DNA from: Bacteroidota bacterium
GTDB taxonomy: Bacteria; Bacteroidota; Bacteroidia; Cytophagales; Cyclobacteriaceae
Assembly: GCA_039030555.1 (NCBI GenBank)
Contig: JBCCDY010000001.1
Location: 253,141-317,140, forward strand
DNA length: 64,000 nt
Direction of reading: 5' to 3'
The notes beneath the pieces are model-generated. The model had not been told where the DNA came from. It did not search any database and worked only from the letters and a program-made list of their open reading frames with translations. Shown one piece after another: positions 22,101-31,205 of this stretch. Numbering within the stretch: position 1 is the stretch's first letter; each line of letters begins with the position of its first letter. Made by a program: the position numbers and the translations under genes.

Positions 22101-22128
22101 GGCTAATAACCAAGCCTTTATTTCTCAT
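19111..22128 (-). CDS. secDF: fused protein translocase subunit SecDF
   Basis: 1005 aa with two 6-TM SecD/SecF modules. The Bacteroidota-type fusion. Contains an acidic D/S/L-rich insert at about aa 262-330. Confidence 0.9.
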   Translation of the reverse strand: MRNKGLVISLTIIVTLLCVYYLSFTLVTKGIQQEATEYARDETGSVNFNKRQEYLDSIWNKPVYDLFGAEFTYREIKETELSLGLDLQGGMHVTLEVSPVDIIKGLSGNSKDPDFLAALEDAKKAQRNSQASFTSLFYDAFKERKPNSGLGEIFANAANRGRISFNTPDNEILDVINKEVEDAIDRSFQILRTRIDRFGTSQPNIQRLQGTGRIQIELPGVENKERVRKLLQGVAKLEFWEVWSLQEIGGSLQSVNDMLVAEEQAKGGVTGLDDALSGDSDLSSLTEEDDLSDLTSEDGLSDLDGLESDSSDALADLAEDTSAGSLDSLEAQVPQISPIISQYGPFYYPVEDTAAINDIFSRDDVKALMPSNVQLSWTAKANKLDDGTELMELVPLRKLRTGKAPIEGDVITNARQDFDERGQPAVYMNMNSQGAKKWRKMTSENIDRRIAIVLDGFVFSAPNVSVEIPDGSSIISGSFTIEEAKDLANILKAGALPAPTRIVEEAVIGPSLGKVAQQQGIVSILAGLGIVVVFMIAYYSKGGLVANLALAFNVFFILGILAQLNAALTLPGIAGIVLTIGMSIDANVLIFERIREELRNSAGLKAAINAGYQKAFSSIVDANATTLLTAAILYVLGQGPVKGFAITLIIGIFCSFFSAVFITRVIVEWMSKKGDDAKISFATPLSKGLLSKLEFNFMSKRKFAYIFSGIFIVVGIVAMSINGLNLGVDFKGGRSFVVTFDETVVPSKLETSLSSSFDNQGTEVKTYGASNVVKITTAYLVDDESTDADEKVEQALINGISESTGLTFNRDDSQVDATSFTISSSSKVGATIADDIKNSSYQSAIFGILVIFVYIVLRFRKWQFGLGAVIALVHDTLFVLSAFAISGLLGIKSFEIDQVFIAAVLTIIGYSINDTVIVFDRIRETTRLFAKDSIFDTFNVSINNTLNRTLITSVTTLVVVLVLFIFGGEVLRGFSFALLIGILVGTYSSIFIATPTVLDLSKKGS

Positions 22129-22245
22129 AGTAGTATTGATTTGAAAATTTGATGATTAATTGATTTGAAAATTAGCTATGACCTACCCTAATAATTTCTT
22201 TTAAGAGTCTATCAATAGTTATAAAAAGTGATTAGAGTCGACTGA

Positions 22246-22626
22246 CTAGGGTGCCTTAGGAAAAATTGAAGTCCTAAAAAGCTTTTGAAAAGATGTTTGA
22301 GTATATGAAGGAAGATTAACAGAAGAATGGGTAATCTTCTTGATAAAAAAAGTTAAAGCAATAACGAGAATTAAGATAGGCTCGATTGAAGCCTTTATCG
22401 GTGGAACCACTGCGTCACCCGCAGGTTTTAATTGAAAATCGCCCGCAATTCCGTCTCCCTCGGAATCACTATGATCATTCTTGACAACTTCCTTCGTGGT
22501 CTCAGTTTCAAATTCAAGAGAAGCTAACCAATTCAATGATTGGCTTGAAATCATAGCCAACACTGAAAAACAGATAAATAATTTAGAAAAAAACTGAAAA
22601 CCCCTCGAATTCATAACAGGCGACAA
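22246..22626 (-). CDS. hypothetical small membrane/exported protein
   Basis: 126 aa with hydrophobic N-terminal and C-terminal segments. No recognisable motif. Confidence 0.3.
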   Translation of the reverse strand: MSPVMNSRGFQFFSKLFICFSVLAMISSQSLNWLASLEFETETTKEVVKNDHSDSEGDGIAGDFQLKPAGDAVVPPIKASIEPILILVIALTFFIKKITHSSVNLPSYTQTSFQKLFRTSIFPKAP

Positions 22627-22641
22627 AAGTAACCAAATATT

Positions 22642-23274
22642 CTATTTTGGCAATGTTGCTCTGACCAAGGTTTTCAAATATTTAACAATCACCTCCAAAC
22701 CGGTTTGGAAATTATCGTTATTGGGAACGATGATATCGGCCGTATCGCGATACGGTAAGATAAAGCGCTCATACGTTGGGATGACATGTTTTTCAAAACG
22801 ATAAAGTACGTCATCAAGATCATATCCCCGTTCGCTATTGTCCCTAATAATCCTTCTTTTAAGTTTTATATGTTCTTTAGCTTCTATAAAAAGCTTTAAA
22901 TCAAGCAGCTTGTGTATTTCCTGAATGTAGAATACGAAAAGTCCCTCAATCACTATAATGGGCGCGGGCTCAAAAGTTAGCATTTTTGGAGTCTTGTCCG
23001 GATTATTATAAACGTACTCTTCTTTCTGAACAGCCTCACCTGACTTTAATTTCTTAATATCAGATGTGAAATGATCCATATTAATGCATTCCGGAAGGTC
23101 GAAATTTTGAACCCCATTCTCGTCTATAGGCTGTTCTTTTCTGGGTTTATAATAGTGATCTTGAGAAATCAGGCAGATATCTCTTTCATCAAACTGAGTA
23201 AGGAGTTGATCAATAAATCGAGTTTTACCCGAAGCGCTTCCGCCCGTAATTCCGACTAAAAAAGGATTATTCAT
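22642..23274 (-). CDS. udk: uridine kinase
   Basis: P-loop VGITGGSASGKT, typical of Udk. Confidence 0.85.
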   Translation of the reverse strand: MNNPFLVGITGGSASGKTRFIDQLLTQFDERDICLISQDHYYKPRKEQPIDENGVQNFDLPECINMDHFTSDIKKLKSGEAVQKEEYVYNNPDKTPKMLTFEPAPIIVIEGLFVFYIQEIHKLLDLKLFIEAKEHIKLKRRIIRDNSERGYDLDDVLYRFEKHVIPTYERFILPYRDTADIIVPNNDNFQTGLEVIVKYLKTLVRATLPK

Positions 23275-23854
23275 TGAGGCTGTATTCTGAAAGAAAAGAT
23301 ACGAACTTTTTAAAAGCCCTGGCTCTACTGCTCATGTGGTTCTTTTCTTCAAGATTCATTTCTGCATTAGTTCTGGTTTCTCCTTCAGGAATAAAAATAG
23401 GATCATACCCAAAGCCTCCCGAGCCATTTGGTTCTTCTGCGATCTTTCCTGTTGATATTCCTTCAAAGGCGTGGTGCCCATTCTTATCGATGTAAGTAAT
23501 CACACTTTTAAACCGTGCCGAACGATTTTCTTTTCCTTTCAATTCTTTCAAAAGCCGATCGACATTGTCTTTATGGCTTCTTTGAGGGCCAGCGTACATG
23601 GCCGAATAGACTCCGGGTGCCCCATCTAGTGCCTCAACCTCGAGACCGGAATCATCTGCAAAGCAGGGAACATTATAGTTCTTAAATACGTACTCAGCCT
23701 TTTCCAGAGAGTTTTCTTCTATGGTTTCGTGCGTTTCCAGAATCTCCTCAGTACAGCCAATACTCTTCAAATCTATGATTTCAAATTCTGAAGAAAGGAG
23801 GCTTTTAATTTCTTTTAGCTTGTTGGGATTATTGGTGGCGAAGCAGATTTTCAT
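23267..23854 (-). CDS. rdgB: non-canonical purine NTP pyrophosphatase (RdgB/HAM1)
   Basis: Start trimmed to MKICFATNNPNKLKEIKS (ATG complement 23854). Includes the GFGYDPIF motif. Confidence 0.8.
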   Translation of the reverse strand: MKICFATNNPNKLKEIKSLLSSEFEIIDLKSIGCTEEILETHETIEENSLEKAEYVFKNYNVPCFADDSGLEVEALDGAPGVYSAMYAGPQRSHKDNVDRLLKELKGKENRSARFKSVITYIDKNGHHAFEGISTGKIAEEPNGSGGFGYDPIFIPEGETRTNAEMNLEEKNHMSSRARAFKKFVSFLSEYSLNE

Positions 23855-23973
23855 TTTTAGTAGTAAGTAATTAGATAAAAGTAGTAAGATATTTCGCTTC
23901 GGAAGAAAGATAATGGCACTAATACGACAAAATAACAACTAATGTGTTAAATTTGTCGTAAAATAGAAATGAT

Positions 23974-24384
23974 ATGGGAGCAGAGTTATTACGAATAAAG
24001 AAACAAGCTATTTTTGAACTGATTAATGGTTTTCTTTATAAAGAGGAATATATTCCTGTCGTATTTCTTAAAAATTTTATTGATGCCATTGGCTCTAGCC
24101 AAAATACATCCTCCAAATTATTGGGAATATCAACCAGGACGCTACAGCGTGAATTAAATAATAAATATCTAAGCGCTGATCTTTCTGATCGTTTTCTTCA
24201 AATCATAGAATTATATAAAGAAGGGGAGGAAGCTTTCTTCAATTTAGATACTTTCAAAAATTGGCTCAATACTGAAAAATCTGTTTTCCAGGGAAAAAGG
24301 CCATTTGATCTTATACGGTCTACTACGGGAATCCAGTTAGTAAAGGAAGAGATCATGAGAACCAAGTTTGGAGTACTATCATAA
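23974..24384 (+). CDS. antitoxin, Xre-like HTH with MbcA/ParS toxin-binding domain (DUF2384)
   Basis: 136 aa. HTH-like LLGISTRTLQRELN and a C-terminal W..T....F.G..P..L..T..G motif. Its stop is immediately followed by the ATG of the RES gene. Confidence 0.65.
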   Translation: MGAELLRIKKQAIFELINGFLYKEEYIPVVFLKNFIDAIGSSQNTSSKLLGISTRTLQRELNNKYLSADLSDRFLQIIELYKEGEEAFFNLDTFKNWLNTEKSVFQGKRPFDLIRSTTGIQLVKEEIMRTKFGVLS

Positions 24385-24831
24385 ATGATCGTCTATCGGC
24401 TTGCGCATCCCAAATATGCTCAAGACATATCTGGTTACGGATCATTACTTGTTCCGGGACGTTGGAATTTCAAAGGCAATAGAGTGCTTTATACTGCTGA
24501 AAATTCCAGTCTGGCTTTTTTGGAATATCTGGCTCATACAGAGGGTCTAGACCGAAGACTTCCATACCTTCTGGTTATTGTTGATCTACCAGACGCTCCT
24601 ATTGAAACAGTATCACTTTCAGATCTTAAACCAACTTGGAAGGATGATTTATTCTATACACGTGATTTAGGCAGCAAATGGCTTAGCACGAATCAATCCT
24701 TGATATTGAAAGTGCCTTCTGTTATTAATGAAGATGATTGTAACTTATTGATCAACCCCCAACATCGCGAGTTTATTAAAGTCAAACTCATTACATCAAA
24801 AGAGATTACTTTTGATCGTCGTCTTCACTAA
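24385..24831 (+). CDS. RES-domain toxin (ParT/MbcT-like NAD+-targeting toxin family)
   Basis: 148 aa. GRWNFKGNRVLYTAENSSLAFLEYLAH shows the RES-domain R..E..S arrangement. Confidence 0.75.
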   Translation: MIVYRLAHPKYAQDISGYGSLLVPGRWNFKGNRVLYTAENSSLAFLEYLAHTEGLDRRLPYLLVIVDLPDAPIETVSLSDLKPTWKDDLFYTRDLGSKWLSTNQSLILKVPSVINEDDCNLLINPQHREFIKVKLITSKEITFDRRLH

Positions 24832-25805
24832 ACAGCTTTCTTTATGTTCTCAGCAAACTCCTTAGCAAAATAGGTGAGAATGATATCTGCTCCTGCTCTT
24901 TTGATGCTCAATAAGGATTCCTGCATGGCCTTTTCTCCGTCTAACCAACCGTTTTGAGCAGCTGCTTTAATCATAGCATACTCCCCACTTACATTATAAG
25001 CTGCAATCGGGAGGTTAAAATTATCTCTTATGTGTCTAATGATATCTAAATAGGGTAGCGCCGGTTTTATCATAAGCATATCAGCGCTCTCTAGTTCATC
25101 AAGTTCTGCTTCTATAAGTGCTTCCCTCCAGTTGGCAGGATCCATCTGATAGGTTTTCTTATCTCCTGACTTGGGAGCCGAGTCTAAAGCATCTCGAAAG
25201 GGTCCGTAAAATGCGCTCGCATACTTAGCGGTATAAGCCATAATCGAAACATCCGTAAATCTATTTTCTTCGAGGACTTCCCTGATGTAACCGACCCTGC
25301 CATCCATCATATCGGAGGGGCCAACAATATCAATTCCAGCTTCAGCTTGTGCTAAAGCCATCTTCCCAAGAATCTCAAGCGTCTCATCGTTGAGAATTTT
25401 TCCGTCTTCAACTAACCCATCATGTCCATCTGAACTGTATGGATCCATGGCTACGTCCGACATCAAAGCTACTTCAGGGAACTCCTTTTTAATACTTCGA
25501 ATCGCCTTTAGATAAGCTCCTTTTTCATTATAGCTTTCAGTAGCGTATTTGTCCTTTCTGGAATTGTCTAGAGCGGGAAATAAGGCAAATGACCTTATGC
25601 CCAAATCGAAGCATGACTCCATCTCACGCAAAAGAAGGTCTTCTGAGTATCTGAAAATTCCAGGCATGGAAGTCACTTCCGTTTTCTTATCTCTTCCTTC
25701 AATTAGGAAAAGCGGAAAAATCAGATTGGAAACAGAAACGCTATTTTCCTGAACCATAGATCGGATCACACTGCTTTTTCGGTTTCTTCTCGGCCTTCTA
25801 ATCAT
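24828..25805 (-). CDS. hemB: porphobilinogen synthase (delta-aminolevulinate dehydratase)
   Basis: [21 protein letters not shown]-terminus and an active-site lysine region. Confidence 0.9.
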   Translation of the reverse strand: MIRRPRRNRKSSVIRSMVQENSVSVSNLIFPLFLIEGRDKKTEVTSMPGIFRYSEDLLLREMESCFDLGIRSFALFPALDNSRKDKYATESYNEKGAYLKAIRSIKKEFPEVALMSDVAMDPYSSDGHDGLVEDGKILNDETLEILGKMALAQAEAGIDIVGPSDMMDGRVGYIREVLEENRFTDVSIMAYTAKYASAFYGPFRDALDSAPKSGDKKTYQMDPANWREALIEAELDELESADMLMIKPALPYLDIIRHIRDNFNLPIAAYNVSGEYAMIKAAAQNGWLDGEKAMQESLLSIKRAGADIILTYFAKEFAENIKKAV

Positions 25806-26923
25806 TTATAGCTCACTCTTATTTTCATTATTGATCCGTTTGGGCCAGTTGCCCAGCCTGTATTGTACCCATCGAAAGATACTGCCCAATATGATGCTGT
25901 ATCAAGATTTGTCCAGTTTTTTAAAAGACTTGTAGAATAATCAATTCCATTTGGCCCACAGGCAAAAGTAAGTGTATCATACTCCGTTTTAAACGAATAA
26001 CTCCCATAAAAACTACCTTTTGTGATTGGCTGATTGCCTTTTTCCCAAGTTTTTCCACCATCTGTAGTAAAAGCCGTGTTCTCCAGATACTCATCATTTT
26101 TGGCCAAATCTCCCCCCACAGCTGTTCCAAGTTTTTGGCTTATAAAAGAAACTGAAGTGATTCCAGCAGCCTCTCCTTCTACAATTGGAACCTTGGCATA
26201 CGACCATGTTTTTCCATAATCTTCTGAAATCAAAATCCTTGGAAACTCACCTGCTCCAGTTCCTATCCAGGCCAATCCTCCTTTTTGAACCTCAACACAA
26301 GTTCCACTGGCAGCAAATCCTCCTTCATCGTCTAGTGCTTCGGGTAAATGCTCCTTCGAAACCCTGACCCATGATTGTCCTCCGTCGGTAGTAGTCAGGA
26401 TAAAAGGATAACCGTCAAAAGAATCACCGTAGGCTAAACCTCTTTGTTCATCCCAAAAATTCAAACAATCCAGAAATCCTTCCGGATGATCCATTTGATA
26501 CACCCTTTCCCAATTCTCTCCTCTATCAAAACTCTTGAATATTGAAGACAGGGCTCCTTCTCCTGCGCTCATTAATATGATCTCCTCCAAGTTTAAGGCG
26601 TGAATATCCCTGAATTGAAGGGTATCAAAATCATTTACCTGATCGCAATTCCATTGTGCCCCACCATTTTCGGTTTTACAGAATGTTCCTTCATGGCCAC
26701 TAATCCATACGTTATTCGAATCTAGGACTGAAATGGCCTGAAGTAAAACCGTTGTGTTTGCTTTCTGATTTTCTTTGGTTAAAAAAACCTCCGGAACCTT
26801 CTCTTTTTTATTACAGGCTAACATCATAATGCAAAGCGATAATAATAAAAAAAAGACTCCCTTGTACCTATAAGGCTCACGACGGAAAATGACTGTATTA
26901 GTAGACTTCTTTGCTAATTTCAA
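25802..26923 (-). CDS. BNR/Asp-box repeat beta-propeller protein (Ycf48/sortilin-like), lipoprotein-like N-terminus
   Basis: Five Asp-box repeats: [40 protein letters not shown]. Signal sequence ends in LACN. Confidence 0.55.
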   Translation of the reverse strand: MKLAKKSTNTVIFRREPYRYKGVFFLLLSLCIMMLACNKKEKVPEVFLTKENQKANTTVLLQAISVLDSNNVWISGHEGTFCKTENGGAQWNCDQVNDFDTLQFRDIHALNLEEIILMSAGEGALSSIFKSFDRGENWERVYQMDHPEGFLDCLNFWDEQRGLAYGDSFDGYPFILTTTDGGQSWVRVSKEHLPEALDDEGGFAASGTCVEVQKGGLAWIGTGAGEFPRILISEDYGKTWSYAKVPIVEGEAAGITSVSFISQKLGTAVGGDLAKNDEYLENTAFTTDGGKTWEKGNQPITKGSFYGSYSFKTEYDTLTFACGPNGIDYSTSLLKNWTNLDTASYWAVSFDGYNTGWATGPNGSIMKIRVSYK

Positions 26924-28200
26924 GCTCTTTTCTCAAACTCTGTAATTGTTCTTTCGATAATATCGCAGCATTCGTGAAGCTGGTCTTCAGTCATTACTAA
27001 AGGAGGAGCAAACCGAATGATATTTCCATGAGTTGGTTTCGCGAGCAGTCCATTTTCTTTGAAAGCCATGCAGAGATCCCATGCTGTGGTACTGTCTTCG
27101 CTATCATTAATAACGATCGCATTCAAAAGACCCTTTCCCCTCACCAATTTCACAAGAGCCGATCTTTCAACGAAAGCACTCATTCTCTCTCGAAACAGGT
27201 TTCCAAGCTTTCTAGCGTTCTGAATTAGTCCTTCGTTTTTAATGACCTCAAGGGCTGCCGTAGCAACGGCGCTTCCTAACGGATTCCCTCCAAAAGTAGA
27301 GCCATGCTGCCCCGGTTTGATGACATTCATAATCACATCATCAGCTAAAACGGCAGAAACAGGGTATAAGCCTCCGGAAATCGCTTTTCCCAAGATCAAG
27401 ATATCCGGTCTTGTATATGTTTCCTGCCGCTCACAACTACTTTGACAGTTACAATCTCCACAGATTCTCAGTAATGACCCGGTTCTGGCAATTCCAGTTT
27501 GTATTTCGTCGGCCATGAAAAGTACATTCCTTGATTTACAAATGTTCGCGGCTTCCTTTACATAATGATCATCAGGGACATTTACACCAGCTTCACCCTG
27601 GATCGGCTCTACCAGAAAACCAACTACGTTATCATCTTCTAAAGCTTTTTTAAGGGCCTCTATATCATTATATGGAATACTGACAAAGCCAGGAGTATAT
27701 GGTCCGAAATCCTTTCTTGACCCCTCATCATTGGAAAATGATATGATGGTAGTAGTCCTTCCGTGGAAATTTCCATCTGCAACGATTATTTTAGCTTTAT
27801 CAGCTTCTATTCCTTTTTTCTCATATCCCCACTTTCTACAGATCTTAATGGCTGTTTCAACTCCCTCTGCTCCGGTGTTCATTAAAAGCACCTTGTCAAA
27901 AGCAAAAAGTTCTGTTATGTATTTTTCAAAAGGCCCTAACACATCATTGTAAAATGCTCTTGATGTAAGGGTTAAGGTTTCTGCCTGCTTTTTCAGTGCT
28001 TCGACGATATCGGGATGGCAATGACCTTGATTTACAGCACTGTAGGAAGACAAAAAATCAAAATATTGCTTACCCTCCACATCCCAAACATAAACACCTT
28101 CGCCTTTTGAAAGCACTACTGGTAGAGGGTGATAATTATGCGCACCATATTTATTTTCCAACTCAATAGCCTCTTCACTCTTACTAATTGATGCAATCAT
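26920..28200 (-). CDS. rocD: ornithine--oxo-acid aminotransferase
   Basis: Class-III aminotransferase with strong OAT-like N-terminus ([51 protein letters not shown]). Carries a 12-aa Cys-rich insertion before the PLP-lysine region. Confidence 0.8.
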   Translation of the reverse strand: MIASISKSEEAIELENKYGAHNYHPLPVVLSKGEGVYVWDVEGKQYFDFLSSYSAVNQGHCHPDIVEALKKQAETLTLTSRAFYNDVLGPFEKYITELFAFDKVLLMNTGAEGVETAIKICRKWGYEKKGIEADKAKIIVADGNFHGRTTTIISFSNDEGSRKDFGPYTPGFVSIPYNDIEALKKALEDDNVVGFLVEPIQGEAGVNVPDDHYVKEAANICKSRNVLFMADEIQTGIARTGSLLRICGDCNCQSSCERQETYTRPDILILGKAISGGLYPVSAVLADDVIMNVIKPGQHGSTFGGNPLGSAVATAALEVIKNEGLIQNARKLGNLFRERMSAFVERSALVKLVRGKGLLNAIVINDSEDSTTAWDLCMAFKENGLLAKPTHGNIIRFAPPLVMTEDQLHECCDIIERTITEFEKRA

Positions 28201-28264
28201 TACTTTTGAATTTAAAATTGAACTGTTTTTCCAGATACGAAGTTAGAAAAACCGCAACGCTTAA

Positions 28265-28450
<186 letters not shown>

Positions 28451-28489
28451 AAAAAAACGACATTTGCAGTCCTTTTAAAAACACGAGTC

Positions 28490-28729
28490 ATGTCTAGAGT
28501 TTGTGATATTACAGGTAAGAAGCCAGTTTCGGGAAATAATGTTTCTCACTCGAACAATAAAACGAAAAGAAAATTCTATCCTAATTTACATAAAAAGCGA
28601 TTTTATATTCCTAATGAAGACAAGTGGGTTACTTTAAAAGTATCTTCCACTGCTTTAAGAACTATTAATAAGAATGGAATTGAATCTGTGCTTAAGAAAG
28701 CCAGAGCTCAAGGAAATGTTCTTGTTTAG
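28490..28729 (+). CDS. rpmB: 50S ribosomal protein L28
   Basis: [29 protein letters not shown] is canonical L28. Confidence 0.85.
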   Translation: MSRVCDITGKKPVSGNNVSHSNNKTKRKFYPNLHKKRFYIPNEDKWVTLKVSSTALRTINKNGIESVLKKARAQGNVLV

Positions 28730-28748
28730 TAGATCATAACGAAATTTG

Positions 28749-28783
28749 AAAACCCTCGGTCTTACAGATTGAGGGTTTTTTTA
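28749..28783 (+). terminator. intrinsic terminator after rpmB
   Basis: AACCCTC...GAGGGTT stem followed by a T7 run. Confidence 0.55.
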
Positions 28784-28867
28784 TGTCTTTATCAAAGTAA
28801 AGCCATATCTAGCAGGTCTTTACTCCAGAATTTGTAGTCGGTTCAGCTTAATTAGAACTCCTGATAT

Positions 28868-29308
28868 CTATCTGATAAAGCTTATTACCTCCAAAACCAC
28901 CCAAACACTTCTGATAGACCAACATATTGTCCTGATCCAATTCGTACTTACCAGTTTTTGAGCGTAATTCAACTCATACTTTTCGGTTAAATTTTGATGT
29001 AAAGGCACTTGCAGGAGAGCTGTTGACAGCCATATAATTCCAAGCAGAATTGCGTTGCCCCAGAGAAAAGCCGTAGAAAACAGATAATTATCAATAAGCA
29101 GAAAGTATGCTGAAGAAAGTAACTCCATAAGCATCAATGGTCCTACCACATAGGTTGTTAATGACATATGGCGATTCTGGTATTTCGTATATCCCTTTTC
29201 TCCAACCCACTGAAAAAGTGGGTAATGTACAACCTGAACAAACCAGATGAGACCTGTCATAGTTATAGTGGATATAAGTAAAGCCCCTAAAGCAATTTTT
29301 TCCATCAT
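28868..29308 (-). CDS. hypothetical 4-TM membrane protein (possibly DUF1772/anthrone-oxygenase-like)
   Basis: 146 aa with four hydrophobic segments. The LVSTNWIRTICWSIR tail resembles DUF1772. Weak call. Confidence 0.35.
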   Translation of the reverse strand: MMEKIALGALLISTITMTGLIWFVQVVHYPLFQWVGEKGYTKYQNRHMSLTTYVVGPLMLMELLSSAYFLLIDNYLFSTAFLWGNAILLGIIWLSTALLQVPLHQNLTEKYELNYAQKLVSTNWIRTICWSIRSVWVVLEVISFIR

Positions 29309-29315
29309 CTAAGCA

Positions 29316-29465
29316 ATGCACAAGAAACTGAATCTACCATCGAAAGTTTGCCCGGTCTGCAACAGGCCTTTCGCGTGGAGAAAAAAATGGAAGAATGATT
29401 GGGAACATGTGAAGTTTTGTAGTGAAAGATGCAGAAGGAACTCAAAGAAAATACTCAATGACTGA
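29316..29465 (+). CDS. DUF2256 zinc-ribbon protein (49 aa)
   Basis: Manual translation: [49 protein letters not shown]. The CPxC...C..RC plus RPFxWRKKW motif matches DUF2256. Under 60 aa, so not in the track. Confidence 0.55.
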   Translation: MHKKLNLPSKVCPVCNRPFAWRKKWKNDWEHVKFCSERCRRNSKKILND

Positions 29466-30039
29466 TTTCATAGGTATTGATTATGGAAGTAAGATGGCTG
29501 GTACCACTGCCGTTTGTTTCTCTAAAAAGAATAAACTTCATCTGGTTCAATCTTCCAAAAACAAAGATGCGGACTTATTCATCAAAGATTTAATCGAAGG
29601 GCTTAAGCCTCTAAAAGTTTTCATAGATGCCCCTTTAAGCCTGCCTAAGGGATATTTTTATCAGTCTTCGCAAGAATATTTTTATCGGAAATGCGATCGA
29701 GAAGTTTCGGCTATGTCTCCCATGTTTTTGGGTGGGTTGACGGCAAGGGCTGTTGCTTTGAAAGATGAATTGGAAAAGAAAGGAATCAAATGCTTCGAGG
29801 TTTATCCCGGTTATCTCGCTAGAAGTATTCTAAAACTTGACACCTATCAAAAGAAACAGGCTAATAGCCTTTCTTCATTGGAGTGTCAGCTTCTTGATTT
29901 TCTGCCCATTCCTCTGGAAAAAGGTCTTCAAAATTATCATCAGGCTGATTCGGTTTTAGCATGGCTAAGTGGTTGGAGGGTTTTAAATGAAAAAGCTGAA
30001 GTTTTTGGAGACGAAAACGAAGGTAGGATTTGGGTTTGA
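29458..30039 (+). CDS. DUF429-like (RNase-H-fold) protein
   Basis: Start trimmed to [12 protein letters not shown] (ATG 29458), which overlaps the DUF2256 stop. FIGIDYG and FIDAPLSLP motifs, with a late [10 protein letters not shown] motif. Confidence 0.45.
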   Translation: MTDFIGIDYGSKMAGTTAVCFSKKNKLHLVQSSKNKDADLFIKDLIEGLKPLKVFIDAPLSLPKGYFYQSSQEYFYRKCDREVSAMSPMFLGGLTARAVALKDELEKKGIKCFEVYPGYLARSILKLDTYQKKQANSLSSLECQLLDFLPIPLEKGLQNYHQADSVLAWLSGWRVLNEKAEVFGDENEGRIWV

Positions 30040-30210
30040 TATTCTAAACTCAAATCAAACAATTTGGTATGAGATCCTCCAACCAAGCCGGAGGATGACG
30101 GAATCTGCTAGTTCCGTGCGTCATTTCACGACTCGACCGGGAAATCTTATATACTTATAATTCTATCAGTTAATTTTAGATATCTGAGCAATAGTCTTTG
30201 GTATTACGGA

Positions 30211-30600
30211 TCAAGGCTTAAGTCGATCCAATCTTCCTTTCCTCTTATAAATACTCTTATAGTCCCATTGAATGATTCCGGACTTTTCCAGCCACCTCTT
30301 TAAATCATTTAAATCAATTTGATCTACTGAAGTGTAGCGAATGGAGGCATCTTTAAACTTACCTGTTCCAGGTCTTAAGTTTTCCTCCTCAAAGCTAGCC
30401 CCACTCCAAAACATCAGTCGGATACAATCTTTGAGCTTATTGTATCCAACGATAGGATTTTCATCCAGAAACCAAACTGGGTGCCTATGCCAAATCTTAC
30501 TTTCAGCTTCCGGAAGGCGCTTATTTATTTCAGACATCAGCAATTCACAGATCTTTTGATCTTCCGTTGATTGCCTTTTATTGTAGTCTAAAATATCCAT
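30211..30600 (-). CDS. DUF1801 (YdhG-like) domain protein
   Basis: Start trimmed to MDILDYNKRQ. The pattern ..IWHRHPVWFLDENPIVGYNKLKDCIRLMFWSGASF fits DUF1801. Confidence 0.5.
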   Translation of the reverse strand: MDILDYNKRQSTEDQKICELLMSEINKRLPEAESKIWHRHPVWFLDENPIVGYNKLKDCIRLMFWSGASFEEENLRPGTGKFKDASIRYTSVDQIDLNDLKRWLEKSGIIQWDYKSIYKRKGRLDRLKP

Positions 30601-30665
30601 AAGCAGAATGAAATTATAAAATTTACATAGTTTGATATCACTCATTCCATCCGAATATTTATCTT

Positions 30666-31205
30666 ATGTGGAAATTTTTTCCCGTGTTAGAAATTTATTG
30701 GTATATCGCCATTTTTTCGAGTGTACTTATGCTCATTATCATTCTGCTGAGCATCATAGGAATTGATTCTGATGGGCTTGAAATTGAGTTTTTAGGAGAA
30801 TATGGCTCGGTAAATTCCATCATTGCTTTTCTTTTTGTTGGAAGTTGGACAGGTTTTCTTTCCTACAAATACACTGCATTTGGTGATGGCCTTACGTTAA
30901 TTGTATCCATCGGAGCTGGAACAGCCTCTTATTTTGGAACAATACTTCTTTTACAAAAGCTTAAAGGCCTGGAATCATCCGGGAACATTAATATTCAAAA
31001 TGCCATAGGTAAAAAAGGAAAGGTTTATTTGGGCATACCGGGTAAAAAAGAAGGAAGCGGACAAGTCCAGATTCTACTTGAAGGACGTTTAAAGACTTTA
31101 AATGCCTTAAGCCTTGGAGAGACTATTCCAACCGGAACAGAAATCATTGTATTCGATATAGAAAATAATCATCTAGTTGTTGAACCCTATTCAGAAGATA
31201 TTTAA
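30666..31205 (+). CDS. NfeD-like (YqiJ-type) membrane protein
   Basis: N-terminal TM helices plus a C-terminal OB-fold-like segment (KGKVYLGIPGKKEGSGQVQI). Lies immediately upstream of flotillin with a 0-nt gap. Confidence 0.55.
   Translation: MWKFFPVLEIYWYIAIFSSVLMLIIILLSIIGIDSDGLEIEFLGEYGSVNSIIAFLFVGSWTGFLSYKYTAFGDGLTLIVSIGAGTASYFGTILLLQKLKGLESSGNINIQNAIGKKGKVYLGIPGKKEGSGQVQILLEGRLKTLNALSLGETIPTGTEIIVFDIENNHLVVEPYSEDI

Noticed and set aside
28868-29321. Possible frameshifted gene (overlapping minus-strand ORFs 28868-29308 and 29091-29321).
   Set aside because: The 29091-29321 frame translates to Cys/His-rich nonsense without TM character. The 28868-29308 frame gives a coherent 4-TM protein on its own, so no frameshift needs to be invoked.
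30055-30140. tRNA-like T-loop (GGTCGAGTC on the minus strand).
   Set aside because: One nucleotide is missing from the canonical GGTTCGAGTCC. No acceptor, D-arm or anticodon-arm pairings could be built around it. Kept only as a structured-element finding.
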